DNA of 64,000 nt from Cyanobacteria bacterium P01_D01_bin.156 (lineage in GTDB: Bacteria; Cyanobacteriota; Cyanobacteriia; Phormidesmidales; Phormidesmidaceae). Made by a program: the position numbers and the translations under genes. The notes beneath the pieces are model-generated. The model ran no database searches and was not told the DNA's origin. It saw nothing but the letters and a program-made list of their open reading frames with translations. The DNA is taken from the NCBI GenBank assembly GCA_039024555.1, contig JBCCQQ010000008.1, positions 1-64,000 on the forward strand, read 5' to 3'. Positions within the stretch are counted from its first letter, which is position 1. Every line of letters starts with the position of its first letter. Positions 8,501 through 19,800 of this stretch are shown one piece after another.

Positions 8501-10525
8501 CGTAAAGCCAATTGGAACGACGCCATCTGCGGGTTCAAAAGCTATGGGAACACTGCCATCCAGGAATCGAGGGGCAAACAGTTTTTCAACACCCTCACCA
8601 CCAATGGTGACGACCACTCCTTGACCATCGTCGGGAATCTCACCCTCGACAGTTAGTGTAAATCTCCCTACTGGTTGCTCATCTTCGGTCAAAACTGGGG
8701 TGTCAGTGGAGATGGAAACGACAGGTGCTGTTCCAACACCTACATCCGCTGCATCAGTGATGTTTATAGTAATACTGCCAGCAGCAGGGTCCACCTCATA
8801 GGCTTCCCCATCAATGACCTCAAAGGTAAAGAGCTCTTCAGCCTCATCTTCGTCCGCACCATCGTCAAGGGCAGCAAGAGTAATCGTGGCTGTAGGCTCA
8901 GTCACGGTAACAAAGAAACCGCTGTCGCCTTCTGCAGGCGAGGGAAACCCTTCAATGCCGGTAGTTGTCACATTACCCACATTAAACTCAGTTAGGCTTC
9001 TAATGCCGCTGCCAGCACTGGCGGTGTCATTGATGAGCACCGGTAGCCCCCCGACAGGAATCTCACCATCCACCGAAATCGTTAGTGTTACAGAATCTCC
9101 ACCCTCAACTAGGTTAGTTTGATCAACGCTTAGACCAACGGTGGGACCAGCGGGCTGAGGCTGATCGGAGATTGTTAGCGTAATGCTCTCGGCAGCAGGA
9201 TCAACTTCATAGAGTTCACCATTGGCCAGGGTGAACGGAATCTCGACCGGTCCCTCAGCCAAAATGTCATCAAAGACAGCTAGGGTAATTGAGGCATCAG
9301 CTTCAGTGATAGTAGCAATAAAGCTCTGACCACGGTCATCCCCAGGGCGCAGGTTGGATACACCAGACAGCTGCAGCGTGCTAAGGTCAGACAGTTCAAA
9401 CTGTCCGAGGGGACCAGCAACACTTTCATCACTGGTTACTAAGACATCAACGCCACCGGCTGGAATCGTGCCATCGACTGCAAAGCTAACCGTAAAGGTA
9501 TCGCCTTCTGCCAAACTGGTTTCAGATACCGATAAGCCGATGGTGGGACCAACGCCAGGACCACCGTTGTCGTCAGTAATGGTAAACAACGTAGCATTCT
9601 GCTCTGGATCGAGGGTGTAGCCATCGCCCTCAAGCAAACGAAAGTCGAAGGTGGTTGTCTCTTCAACTAGGTCGTTAATCATCGGCAGCTGGATTGCAGC
9701 TTGGTTTTCGAGCAGACGAACACCAATAATGTTATTTTCTTGGTCAAATGGTGGTGCCAGACCTAAGCCTTCAAAGGCAGCTCCTTCAGCTTCACTGTCG
9801 GCCTGATCAGTGATACCAAAGAGATTCTCAAAGAGAACTACTAGGCCACCTTCAGGGATTTCGCCATCGACGGCAAACTCTAGTCTTAGTAGGCGCTCTT
9901 CAACCGTACCTTCCTCAGAAATAGTGGCCGGAACAGCTTCAAAACTAACAACCGGTAGACCGCTTGGCGGATCAGTAGGCGGATCAACAGGGGGCTCCTC
10001 TATCACCGTGGCAATATTATCAATCCCCAACTGCGCTGGAACAGCGGCTCCCTGGTAGGATGGTGTGGAACTGTTAATAAAGCGAATCTGAGACACATCA
10101 CCCAGGGTGGCATTTACATCTGTACCGCCTACCGCAGTTAGGTCGGCAGCCTCGATGCTAAAAGCCACATCTTGCCAGCCGCTACCAGGGGCGAGAGTGA
10201 TTCCCTCAGTGGTAACAAACCGACCACCTGCACCATCTAATGCAACGCGCAGAACAATATCCGAGCTGCCCTGGTTATTAGCTGTAGCTGTAACACCGGT
10301 TACGCCATCTCCAGCATAGTCGCCTGTCCAGGCTGCACCCTCATTAAAAAAGGCGAGACGACTGCCAGCGCCACCGCCTCCAGTTGACTGAGTCTGTAAA
10401 AAGTTGTCATCGGCTCCATCAGGTCCACCAGATGCAACATTCGCTGGAGGATTGGGATGCACTGCAGGGTTGCCAATGCCCCAACCCTGGGTGCTGCCAT
10501 CTTCAAAGTTATTGAGAATTTCCAT
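5588..10525 (-). CDS. Giant acidic RTX/T1SS-type secreted protein with tandem Calx-beta-like repeats
   Basis: Unique N-terminal domain of about 175 aa; Pro linker; about nine ~130-aa repeats (P.VS.S...EG....F.VDG.IP..G...ITL.VFDD...E...F....G..Y.V); GGxGxD repeats and shared C-terminus. Confidence 0.85.
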   Translation of the reverse strand: MEILNNFEDGSTQGWGIGNPAVHPNPPANVASGGPDGADDNFLQTQSTGGGGAGSRLAFFNEGAAWTGDYAGDGVTGVTATANNQGSSDIVLRVALDGAGGRFVTTEGITLAPGSGWQDVAFSIEAADLTAVGGTDVNATLGDVSQIRFINSSTPSYQGAAVPAQLGIDNIATVIEEPPVDPPTDPPSGLPVVSFEAVPATISEEGTVEERLLRLEFAVDGEIPEGGLVVLFENLFGITDQADSEAEGAAFEGLGLAPPFDQENNIIGVRLLENQAAIQLPMINDLVEETTTFDFRLLEGDGYTLDPEQNATLFTITDDNGGPGVGPTIGLSVSETSLAEGDTFTVSFAVDGTIPAGGVDVLVTSDESVAGPLGQFELSDLSTLQLSGVSNLRPGDDRGQSFIATITEADASITLAVFDDILAEGPVEIPFTLANGELYEVDPAAESITLTISDQPQPAGPTVGLSVDQTNLVEGGDSVTLTISVDGEIPVGGLPVLINDTASAGSGIRSLTEFNVGNVTTTGIEGFPSPAEGDSGFFVTVTEPTATITLAALDDGADEDEAEELFTFEVIDGEAYEVDPAAGSITINITDAADVGVGTAPVVSISTDTPVLTEDEQPVGRFTLTVEGEIPDDGQGVVVTIGGEGVEKLFAPRFLDGSVPIAFEPADGVVPIGFTGTEVTLGLLVPEVTSISTIFNDIVEELPDVLNFEILPSDAYTVGQGTVSVTVEDGASANPGGGPTVSLSVSDTDLIEGEEFTVNIAVDETTGVIPEGGLELFIDGGPTDLGEFNIFGENGIDPDTDLVGLAGFPEQGDDLGGFFVTVEEPQASITLSVFEDGPGEGEEVLNFVLVDGEQYEVNPDAGMVDLTINDTPEGTPIISITADTTEVSEEDGTTQTVTFSVTNGEIPTPVFDDDGNLVSGGLPFLVDGSALATLGEELVGGNPTIGEGIAFGSFFDPERPLLFNFVLLENNATATSTFLNDIIEEAPEEYTFTLLPSDAGPIDSDYVVSADAATVSLTLTDGNGGPGVGPTVAITTTETDLVEGGTVTLDFTVDGEIPADGLEVLVQSPTPGAIGEFAIFDADGNFLIETTGMADFPISADGVGSSFLATITEPNASITLSVFDDGPGEGLETLTFEVVNGEEYEVSETNGSVTVNIDDAPPLPVVSLTTTTTPFVTEDGQPPTFDLVFTVDGDIPDDGQGVVITLGGDLLELFGNQDLLDPSAGIIFDPIDGAVPIANRGAEVDFGLTAETVTVTVALFDDILEEESLTLDFEVLEGDGYNVGQAVTSITIEDGDIPDQSTVPTVSLSVSDTELVEGEELTVFFDVDETNGAIPAEGLQVFVSSGPTDIGEFNIFGENGIDPVTDLVGLAGFPEQGDDRGGFFATIVEPQASITLSVFDDGANEGLETLTFGLANGEQYEVGDGTVTLTINDFEIVGTDESETIVGDDADNTIDGEAGDDTIAGGLGSDIILGDDGDDVLRGDLNARSPQDDVAGGNDIIFGGAGNDRIGGKAGNDILSGDEGDDIIYGDAGDDILMGVTGNDILIGDNFSDGSGSDLFVFGSGDGTDTVLDFEVGIDRIGIVEGEFTFADVTLTQDGANTVLGVSTTGETLAVLNNVQATALGESDFITVPDVSNIDEALALI

Positions 10526-10564
10526 AGTAAGTGTTCTCGTTTTCAGTTGAAAGGCGATCCGTAA

Positions 10565-10614
10565 GCAAAAACCCTTCAGCTACGACGGTCAAAAGCCGCC
10601 ATAACTGAAGGGTT
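10565..10614 (-). terminator. Long terminator-like hairpin just upstream of the 1645-aa start codon
   Basis: Minus strand AACCCTTCAGTTATGGCGG-CTTTTGA-CCGTCGTAGCTGAAGGGTT-TTTGC: 19-bp stem allowing G-U pairs, plus a U-run. Confidence 0.7.
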
Positions 10615-10801
10615 AGCCTGCCAGACTAAGGCTGAAGTTATCTATTAAGACCGGGCAGTTAGAAAACAATCTCAAAATCACTCTCACCAAAGCCAGAGAC
10701 TTTAATCGGTCTTTAGCAAACTGCAACTGTTGAACCTGTCAGATTCACTCATATTCAGGAACCTAACAGATATCTACCCGGTGGCAGTTGCTATTAATTC
10801 C

Positions 10802-10840
10802 AAGGAAACTCAGCTACCGTTAGAGCTAACAGTAGCTGAG
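10802..10840 (-). terminator. Stem-loop after the 3310-aa gene
   Basis: Minus strand CTCAGCTACTGTTAG-CT-CTAACGGTAGCTGAG-TTTCCTT. Confidence 0.65.
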
Positions 10841-10852
10841 GCTATGGAAAAG

Positions 10853-13800
10853 TTAGATGAGCCCTAGGGCTTCATCAATGTTGGAGACATCGGGTACCGT
10901 GACAAAGTCACTTTCACCCAGGGCAGTAGCTTGAACATTGTTCAATACGGCTAGAGTCTCTCCAGTGGTGGAAACTCCCAACACTGTATTGGCTCCATCC
11001 TGTGTGAGCGTCACATCGTCGAAGGTGAACTCACCTTCGACGATACCAATGCGGTCGATACCCACCTCGAAGTCAAGGACAGTATCGGTGCCATCACCGC
11101 TGCCAAAGACAAACAGGTCGCTACCGCTGCCATCGGAGAAGTTATCGCCCACCAAGATGTCGTTGCCGGTCACACCCATCAGGATGTCGTCGCCATCGTC
11201 ACCGTAGATGGTGTCATCGCCTGCATCACCGCTGAGGATGTCGTTACCCGACTTACCACCGATGCGGTCGTTACCGGCACCACCAAAGATGATGTCGTTA
11301 CCGCCATCGGTGCCATCTTGAGGACTGCGATTGTTGAGTGAGCCACGTAGAACGTCATCACCGTCGCCGCCCAAGATGATATCGTCACCTTCACTACCAG
11401 CGATGGTGTCATCACCGCCTAGACCAGCAATGCTGTTGTCGTTCTCATCACCAACTAGGGTATCGGCATCATCACTACCAACAGTTTCAAAGTCGTTGAT
11501 AGTCAAGGTAGCACTGCTAGCCGCTGGGTCAACTTCGTACAGTTCACCGTTGAGGATATCAAAGGTGAAGGTTTCTGGTCCTTCGTTCGCGCCATCCTCA
11601 AACACGCTCAGCGTCAAGGACGCAGTCGGCTCAGTGATGGTCACCAAGAAGCTACTGCCCTGGCCATCATAAGGAATCGGGAACCCGGCAATCCCCTCGG
11701 ATTCGACGGCAGGATTGTTATTCTCATCGAAGATAACAAACTCACCCAGCGCACGAAGTGTGTTGCTAGCCACAACCACCTGCACACCACCGTCAGGAAT
11801 CTCACCATCCACAGTGAAGTTAACAGTCAGGCTATCGCCCTCTTCCAGCGCAGTTTCACTAATCGATAGACCAACGGTGGGACCAACACCAGGGCCACCA
11901 ACACCATCAATCAGCTCGAAGCTGCCCATGTTGGCATCGGAGTTAACGATATAGTCTGAGCCATCTAGGTCATTCACCAGTTCAAAGTTAAAGGTGAACG
12001 CCTCTTCCTCAATGACGTCGTTGAACATCGTTAAGGAGATGCTTGAGGTCTCTTCAAAGAGAATGAACTCAAACACAGAAGGCGGCGCAGACTCAACCCC
12101 AGGACCAAAGATCAGGTTATCGAGGATAAAGTCCTCAAACTGGTTACCCAGCTCAGCCACTTCCTTAACATCTAGGAAGACTGATAGACCACCGGAAACA
12201 TAGTTACCATCGGCATCAAGTACGACCTCGGGGATTTCACCATCCACAGTGAAGGTGGCAGTGAAGGCATTGTCAGGTAGCTCTTCGCTAACTTGAGCAG
12301 GGGTAATGGCCAGGCTGACTTCAGGTACCGCTGGACGGTCTGTAGTCAAGGTCAAGTCCAGAGTGTATTCTCCAGGACTAATGCCCTCATCCACCAGCTG
12401 AACACCGTCACCACTCGCATTCACCAGCGGATCGTAGTTGTCGTTCAGGTACTGGGACACACCTACGTAGTAGGTACCATTCTCAGTTGCCGTGAAGTCA
12501 AGGGACGGATCTGCCACAGGGTCTGCACCAATTTCGCTACCGCTAATGGCAACCTCTTCACCTGCTGCGTTAAATAAGCGCAGTGTGGGAGCAGTTACCT
12601 GGGTAGTGCCATCGAGCTCAAACGGTACCGACGTTGCATCAATGGATACGGTCTCTCCAGCGACTAGGTCGAAGGAGTACATGTCCACATCTTCAGTGTT
12701 GTCGGCACGCTGCTCAGCGGCATTGCGCCAACGAACTGCAATGGAGCCTTCCACAGTAACCTCAGTCTGGTTAGGACTTAGGCCAGTTGCAACCGCTGTT
12801 TCGATGGTGTCATCGATGGTACTGCGACCATCGTTGTCTTCAACCACGCTACCGACATCATCACCGCCGCCGTCGCCGCCGTCGCCAGTGCCGCCATCAT
12901 CAGTCAGAGGTACAGAATCAGGATTGTCCTTGATGGTGATGTCTACCGAACTAGCCGTCGCATCGATGGTGTAAGCATCGCTTGCTAACACGGAGAAGGT
13001 AAAGTCCTCTACACCCTCAAGCGCATCTTCCGGTGCAATCTGGTCGTTGGTAGTCTCATCAAACACCTGCAGCTTAATCGTTGCAGTATTCTCAAAGACG
13101 CGGAAGAAGAAGCCGCTGGCACTGCCGTTGGGAGATGGGAACGGACCACCTGTGACTTCAGCATTAAAGACGTCGAACTCACCTAGGAAACCACGCGCTG
13201 AATCTTCTGTGCCAGGTACTTGACCGTCCATGGCAATCAGCAAACCATCCTCAGGAATGTCGCCTGTGACGTTCACCGTCAGGGTCAACTCCGTGCCTTC
13301 GGACTCGATTAGCTCTGTTGTATCAACAGAAATGGCCACCTCAGGAACAGGGCCACCAGTGGCCTGAACCTGCGCTAGGTCATCGTAGAAGACCACTTCA
13401 GAAACAGACGTGGTGTCATCCACCTGGTAGTCAGGACCGCTAGCCAAGGAGAATGTGAGCGTCTCGGGTGCAGTGGGGTCATCCTCTTCTCGATGCGCTG
13501 CATTGTAGGGGAACCGGGCATTGTTGGCGGTGAGTACTGCCTTAAAGCCAATCAGTTCACCATCCGAGTTATACAGACCACCGGTAATTTCACCACCGAC
13601 AGCTACACGGGGATTCGAGGACAATCCCTCAAAGTAATCGGTCATGTCAGTGTCGCTGGTAACGAACACTTCCAAGCCGCCTTCGGGGATTTCTCCATCT
13701 ACATTGAAGGTGAAGTCGAGAACGGCGGTACCCGCATCTTCAGATTCGATGATCTGGTCAGAAACGACTACATCACCGCGAGCAAAGGTACCACCAGTCG

Positions 13801-16800
13801 TGGTAAAGCTCACCGTGGGCGCATCATCTGCGACAGTACCGTCGAACGCTTCGTAGACTTCGCCGGTAAAGCCTTCGGGGTTGAGGGCAATATCTAGGGT
13901 GTATTCACCGCCAGCTAGAACACCAAATTGAGGGCTAAACACCGCACCGGAACCGCTACCAACTTCAGTGGGGCCGTAGCCATCGTTGCGATACTGAGAC
14001 GCACCAATGTAGTACGTGCCAGCCTCAGTCGCTGTGAAGTCTAGGTAAGCATCACGCCCAGCGACAAAGGCTTCATCAGGAGCACCTGCGATTCGGACGT
14101 ATTCCAGCTCTTCGCCCGCAGCATTGAAGATTCTCAGGTCTGGAGCAGGGCCAGAGGGGAAGCCTTCAAAGTCAATGAGCACCGAGTCCGCATCAACAGT
14201 AATGCGATCTCCTGCCTTTAGCTGCACTGCAAACATATCCACATCTTCGGTGGCATCTGCTGTGTTGTCGCGGTCTAGATAGCGTTGCTCAAACGCCGCC
14301 TGTACCTGAATATTGGAATTCTCTGCTGAGAGATCCAATACCTGAGCATTGGCAATGGTGTCATTGTTGGTGCTAACGGTGTCGTTATCAAAGGCAACGG
14401 CCCCTTTTAGCGTGGCTGTAAACCGGTAGGGACCGGGCTCAAAGCGATCTTCAAAGATCCAACCGCTGCCGCTGGCCTGCACATTGGGGTCATAGAAGTT
14501 GTTGCCCAAATTGCTGATACCGGCATAATAGGTGCCAGTTTCAGGTGCAGTGAACTCCAGATAGGCATCGCCGTTGGCCTGGAACACCTCATCTGGGGCA
14601 CCGCCGTTCTCGTTGATGGCGACTTCATTACCCGCTGCGTCAAACACCCGCAGGATGTTATCCAATAGGGAGCCTTCCACACCGGCGCTACCGGTACCGC
14701 CTGCATCCACGTCTAGGATGATGGTTTGACCCGCTTCTAGATCGAAGGAGTACATGTCGACATCTTCCGTGGCATCGACAAAGTTGCGAGTAGCACGGCT
14801 GTTATCGATTTCACCCGAAATCTCAAAGACAGGGTTAGTAGCACTTAGGCCACTTGCGATCGCATCCGCAATGGTGTCGTTAAACTCAGTCTCAGTTAGC
14901 CCGCCGCTGCCGCTGTCTCCGCCGTCATCACCGCCGTCACCCAGCACAACCGAGTCAGGATTATCGGCAATGGTCACAGTTACGGCATTGGAGTTGGGGG
15001 CAATGGCATAGCCAGCACCCGGCTGTACGGTAAACGTCAGCTCATCAATGCCTTCCAGGGCATCTTCAGCCGAGATTTCCGGATTGGTGGTCTCGTCAAA
15101 GGCCGCCAGGGTGATAGTGGCGGTTTGCTCCGTCATGGTAAAGAAGAAACCACTGGCCTGGAAGTTGGGGGAGGGGAATGCGCCACCCGCAATTTCAGCG
15201 TTGAACACATCAAACTCGCCCAGGGCAGCACGTACACCACTGTCCACGTTGATGGTCAACCCACCTTCTGGAGGTGCTTCATTGAGCTCAAATGTGAGGG
15301 TTGTAGTATTGCCCTCAGACTCAATTAAATCAGTCTCACTAACGGATATGCTGACTGTAGGTACTGTAGGTAGCTCAGGTACATCTTCCAGAGTGTCGTA
15401 GATAGTCGCGGAGACGGACCCTTCACCTACGGCATAACCTGCAGCAGGCTCTAGGGTGACGGTAATGGTCTCCTCACCATCGGTGGGTGCTTCATCTGGG
15501 TCATCCAGATTGAGGTTAATAAAGCCACTGTTAGTGGTCAAGTTAACCTTTAAACCAACAGGTTCCCCGGCATCGTCATAAACCGCGCCTAGCACCTCTA
15601 CGCCTTCTGAGCTAAAGGGCTGACTGGTGCTAAAGATGGTGGACAGGTCAACATCAGTGGTGATGTAGGTTTCCACACCGCCTTCAGGAATCTCACCATC
15701 AACGGCAAGGCTCAGGGTGAGGATGGAGGCGTTCCTGAACTCTGGCGTGTACTGAACCAGTACAGGGGCGATTAGATTATCGTCACTGTCGTAGGTGGCA
15801 GTTGTTGCCGAGAGAGAAACCGTTGGACCTTCACCCGTGCTTGCCGGAATCTCTGTTGCTGAAGCACCAGGCTCATCATTGAGTGACAGATTCAGAGTGT
15901 AAGCACCGTCACTACGGCCAGTACCGCTACCCGCCACGTTTGGATCATAGGGGGCATTATCAAAGCCAAATTCACCATTGCCAAAGCTACTAACACCAAT
16001 GTAGTAAGTGCCATCAGCATCGGGAGTGAACTCTAGATAGGAATCTTGACGACCGGGGGCAAATAGCTCGTCAGGTGCAAAGTCATCATCACTCTGAGCC
16101 AGTTGGTTCCCATCAGCATCGAACAGGCGCAAAATCGTATCGGGCGATTCATCGCTAGAGCGATTGATGCGGGCATCAATGTCGAGACGGAGCACATCAC
16201 CAGCGGATAGCTCCACCGAATACATATCTACGTCTTCGGTATTGTCGGTCAGGGTGCGATTGGAATTGAAGAAGTTACCATTGATAGCCGCTTCGATGGT
16301 GACATTGCTGTTGTCAGCACTTAGACCAGTGGCCTCAGCCTCAGCAATGGTGTCACCAATGGAGTCAAAACGACCGTCGGTAATGCCCTCAGCCGGAACC
16401 TCATCGGCAGTATCCACAATGGTGAAGGTGGCAGTGTTGGATTCAGGATCTAGCTGATACTCAGAATCTTCACCGGGTTCAGCTAGGATAAATGTGGCTG
16501 TCTCCAGACCTTCAGCCACACCATCATTGGCAACAGGGAGCTCGATAGTAACTTCCTTCTCTGTAATCAACAGGTCGAATTCAGTACCCCGAACATCAGT
16601 GATAACGACTCCGTCGCTCAAGCTCAGACCACCCGCATCAAACTCTGCCAGGTCAGGTGCTTGAACCGTAATGGCAAGACCCTCTTCCGGTGGTGGTGCA
16701 CTCAGACTAATGGTGTGAACCGAAACAGTACCATCGGCTTCTACAAGAACGTCAGGAGAACCTTCTAGGCTTACCTGAATCTCGGAGCCACGACCGTCAC

Positions 16801-19800
16801 GAAGCAGGGCAGTGGCTTCACCAGCGTCTTCAGCAATGGTGTAACCAGGCAGCGGTTGTAGGGCAACGTTAACATCTTCAATGCCTTCTACATCCTCATC
16901 AACTGCAGCCTGCAGCGTAATGCTAGCCGTAGGCTCATTAATCTTGAAGTAGAAACCACCCGCCTGGGCATCTGGAGGTGGGAAAGAACCGCCGACAACA
17001 CCCGCGTTAAGCAGATCAAAGTCACCCAATCCGGCCCGCTCGCCAGTACTAACGTAGACAATCACACCTTCAGGGGGAATATCGCCTGTCACAGTGAAGT
17101 CCACAGTAATGGCACCGCTGCCTTCAGACAGGGGACGACGTTGTTCTGCGATATTGATCGCCACTTCAGGGACTGCTGTAACAGCAGGCACCTGGTCAAT
17201 GGTGTCATACACTGTGATGCTGGCGCTGTCAGTGGCCGGGATGTAATTTTCACCAGCCTCTACCGAGAAACCCACCTCATGGGGACCATCACCTTCAAGC
17301 CCCAAACCTTCCGAAAAGTTGACAACAGTATTAAAGGCATTCATCCTTACCTGGATGCCGGTAGCATTGCCCTCTGCATCGTAAATGGCACCCAGCACGT
17401 CGCCACCAAAGCTAGTGGGGACAAAGTTGGAGCCTTCAAAGAACTCAGTCAGATCAGCTAAGTCAGTGTTGACGTTAACCACCAAGCCTTCTTCAGGAAC
17501 AGGGGCATCTGACTGGAGAATCAAGCTCAACACAGATGTACCAGCTTCCGGGTTCTCAACCAGGTTGGGGGTAAGTAAATCACTCCCCTCAAAGACACCA
17601 CCAACGACATCCACAGAGATAACTGGAGGGGTCTCTTCAATTGTAAGCGTGACCTCGCTGGCATCAGGGTCAGGATCGTAGGATTCACCATCCACGATGT
17701 TAAAGGTGTAAGTCTCAATGCCTTCTCCGAGACCATCCTTAAAGACGGGCAATGTAATGGTTGCAGTACCTTCGCTGATAAGTGCGACAAAGCCACCCGC
17801 ATCGGTATCGGGGCCTGGAGGCGCAGCTAAACCGGTAAACTCAACGGCATCTGGATTAAACTCACCCAGTACCCCAGCGGCATTGCTGTCAACAAATACC
17901 GGTAGACCTTCTGCAGGAATATCACCAGTCACTGTGAAGGTAACCGTTAACGACTCTCCTTCTGCAACAGTTGTGCTATCGACAGACAATGCAACAACGG
18001 GGGAAGTGCCATCAATGATGCCATCGGGGCTATCCTGCAGAGTTAGAGTGACGGGAGCAGAATCTGTTGCGACTCCATAACCATCACCATCTAGCAGAGT
18101 CAGGGTAATGTTTTCATCAGCTTCGGCAAAGACATCGTCAAAGACTTCAAACTCAAAGGAAGCTGTATTTTCAGTCAGAACCAACTCCACCGTATTGAAG
18201 TTAGGAGGCAGCAATGTGCCGATTAGTCGGCCACCGTCGATGCCAGTGGAGTTACCACCCAGGAGTAGGACTTCATCAAAACTGCCGGTTTCAGCATTTG
18301 TCCGAGGACGACTGTTGTTGTCAAATTCAAAGAACCACTCAAGCTGATCCGCATCAATCTGCAAAGAAACTGGCAGGCCACCTTCGGGGATAGCGCCGTC
18401 TACATCAAAACTGAAGGTAACAATAGACCCTTCAGACTCAATCAACGTAGTGATATCAGAGCTAAAGCTGACCGTAGGCTCAACCGGTGCTGGGTCAACA
18501 ATATTGACCGTAATGCTGCTAGCATTCGCATCTACTTCATAAGCTTCACCATCAATCACCGCAAAGGTAAAGGACTCAGCCGCTTCATCCTCATCAGCAC
18601 CGTCATCAAATGCGGCCAAAGTAATGGTGGCAGTGGGCTCAGTGACGGTAACAAAGAAACCGCTGTCGCCTTCCGCCGGAGAGGGGAAGCCAGCGATACC
18701 AGTAGTGGTGACATTACCCACATCAAACTCAGTCAGACTTCGAATTTGATTACCAGCGCTGGCTGCGTCATTAATCAGAATCGGGAGTCCCTCAGCAGGA
18801 ATCTCACCATCCACTGAAATAGTCAGCGTTACAGGATCGCCACCCTCAATTAGGGTGCTATTGTCCACACTCAGACTAACGGTAGGTCCGGCGGGCTGCG
18901 CTTCGTCAGAGATGGTCAGTGTAGTACTAGCCGCATCAGGGGCAACTTCGTATAATTCACCATTGGCGATAGTAAAGGTAATGTCTAGAGGATCCTCAGC
19001 AAGAATATCGTCAAAGACACTTAGACCAATTGTGGCAACAGGCTCTGTAATAGTCACTAAGAAACTACCACCGCCACCATCGCCTACTTCCGGTAGGCCA
19101 GCGATGCCGCTAGTGGTAAGATTGCCTAAATCAGCCAAGTCGAACTGACCCAAGGAACCACCTACATCACTTTGAACCAGTACCTGCACACCTTCTGCCG
19201 GAATGTCGCCTTCGGTAGTGAAGGTAACAGTAAGCGGATCGCCTTCTGCTAAATTAGTCTCAGATACCGATAAACCAACAGTAGGACCGACACCCGGACC
19301 ACCATTGTCATCAGTAATTGTGAAGACACTACCGTTGACATTTGCATCTACCGCGTAACCGTCACCATCAACGAGGAAGAAGTCAAAGGGCTGAGTGCCT
19401 TCTTCAATGATGTCATTAGCAAAGTAGAGCTTGAAGGAAGCCTCAGGTGAATCCAATCGAATGTTGATTCTGCCAGTGTCGTCAAAACCAACAATGTCTG
19501 CATCGACAAATTCTGATGGAGGATCGGCTGCAAACTGCTCGGTAAAGGCAAAGGCAAAACCGCCCCCTGAAGTGTCCATGTTGACCACAAGACCGTCGTC
19601 AGGGAAGTCACCGGTAACGGTCCATTTCCACTCAACTAAATTGTTGGCTGATTCTTCAGAGAATGTGTTGGGTGTAACCTCAAAACTGACAACGGGAGGG
19701 CCACTGACGGGGGGATTAGTTGGAGGATCCACAGGGGGATCTACGGGGGGATCGACAGGTGGGTCCACTGGAGGCTCAACGATAGTGGCCTCACCCACAT

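Noticed and set aside
19705..19775. PPVD repeat as a phase-variable tract
   Set aside because: The unit is 12 nt, in frame and synonymously diverged, so it is an ordinary linker.
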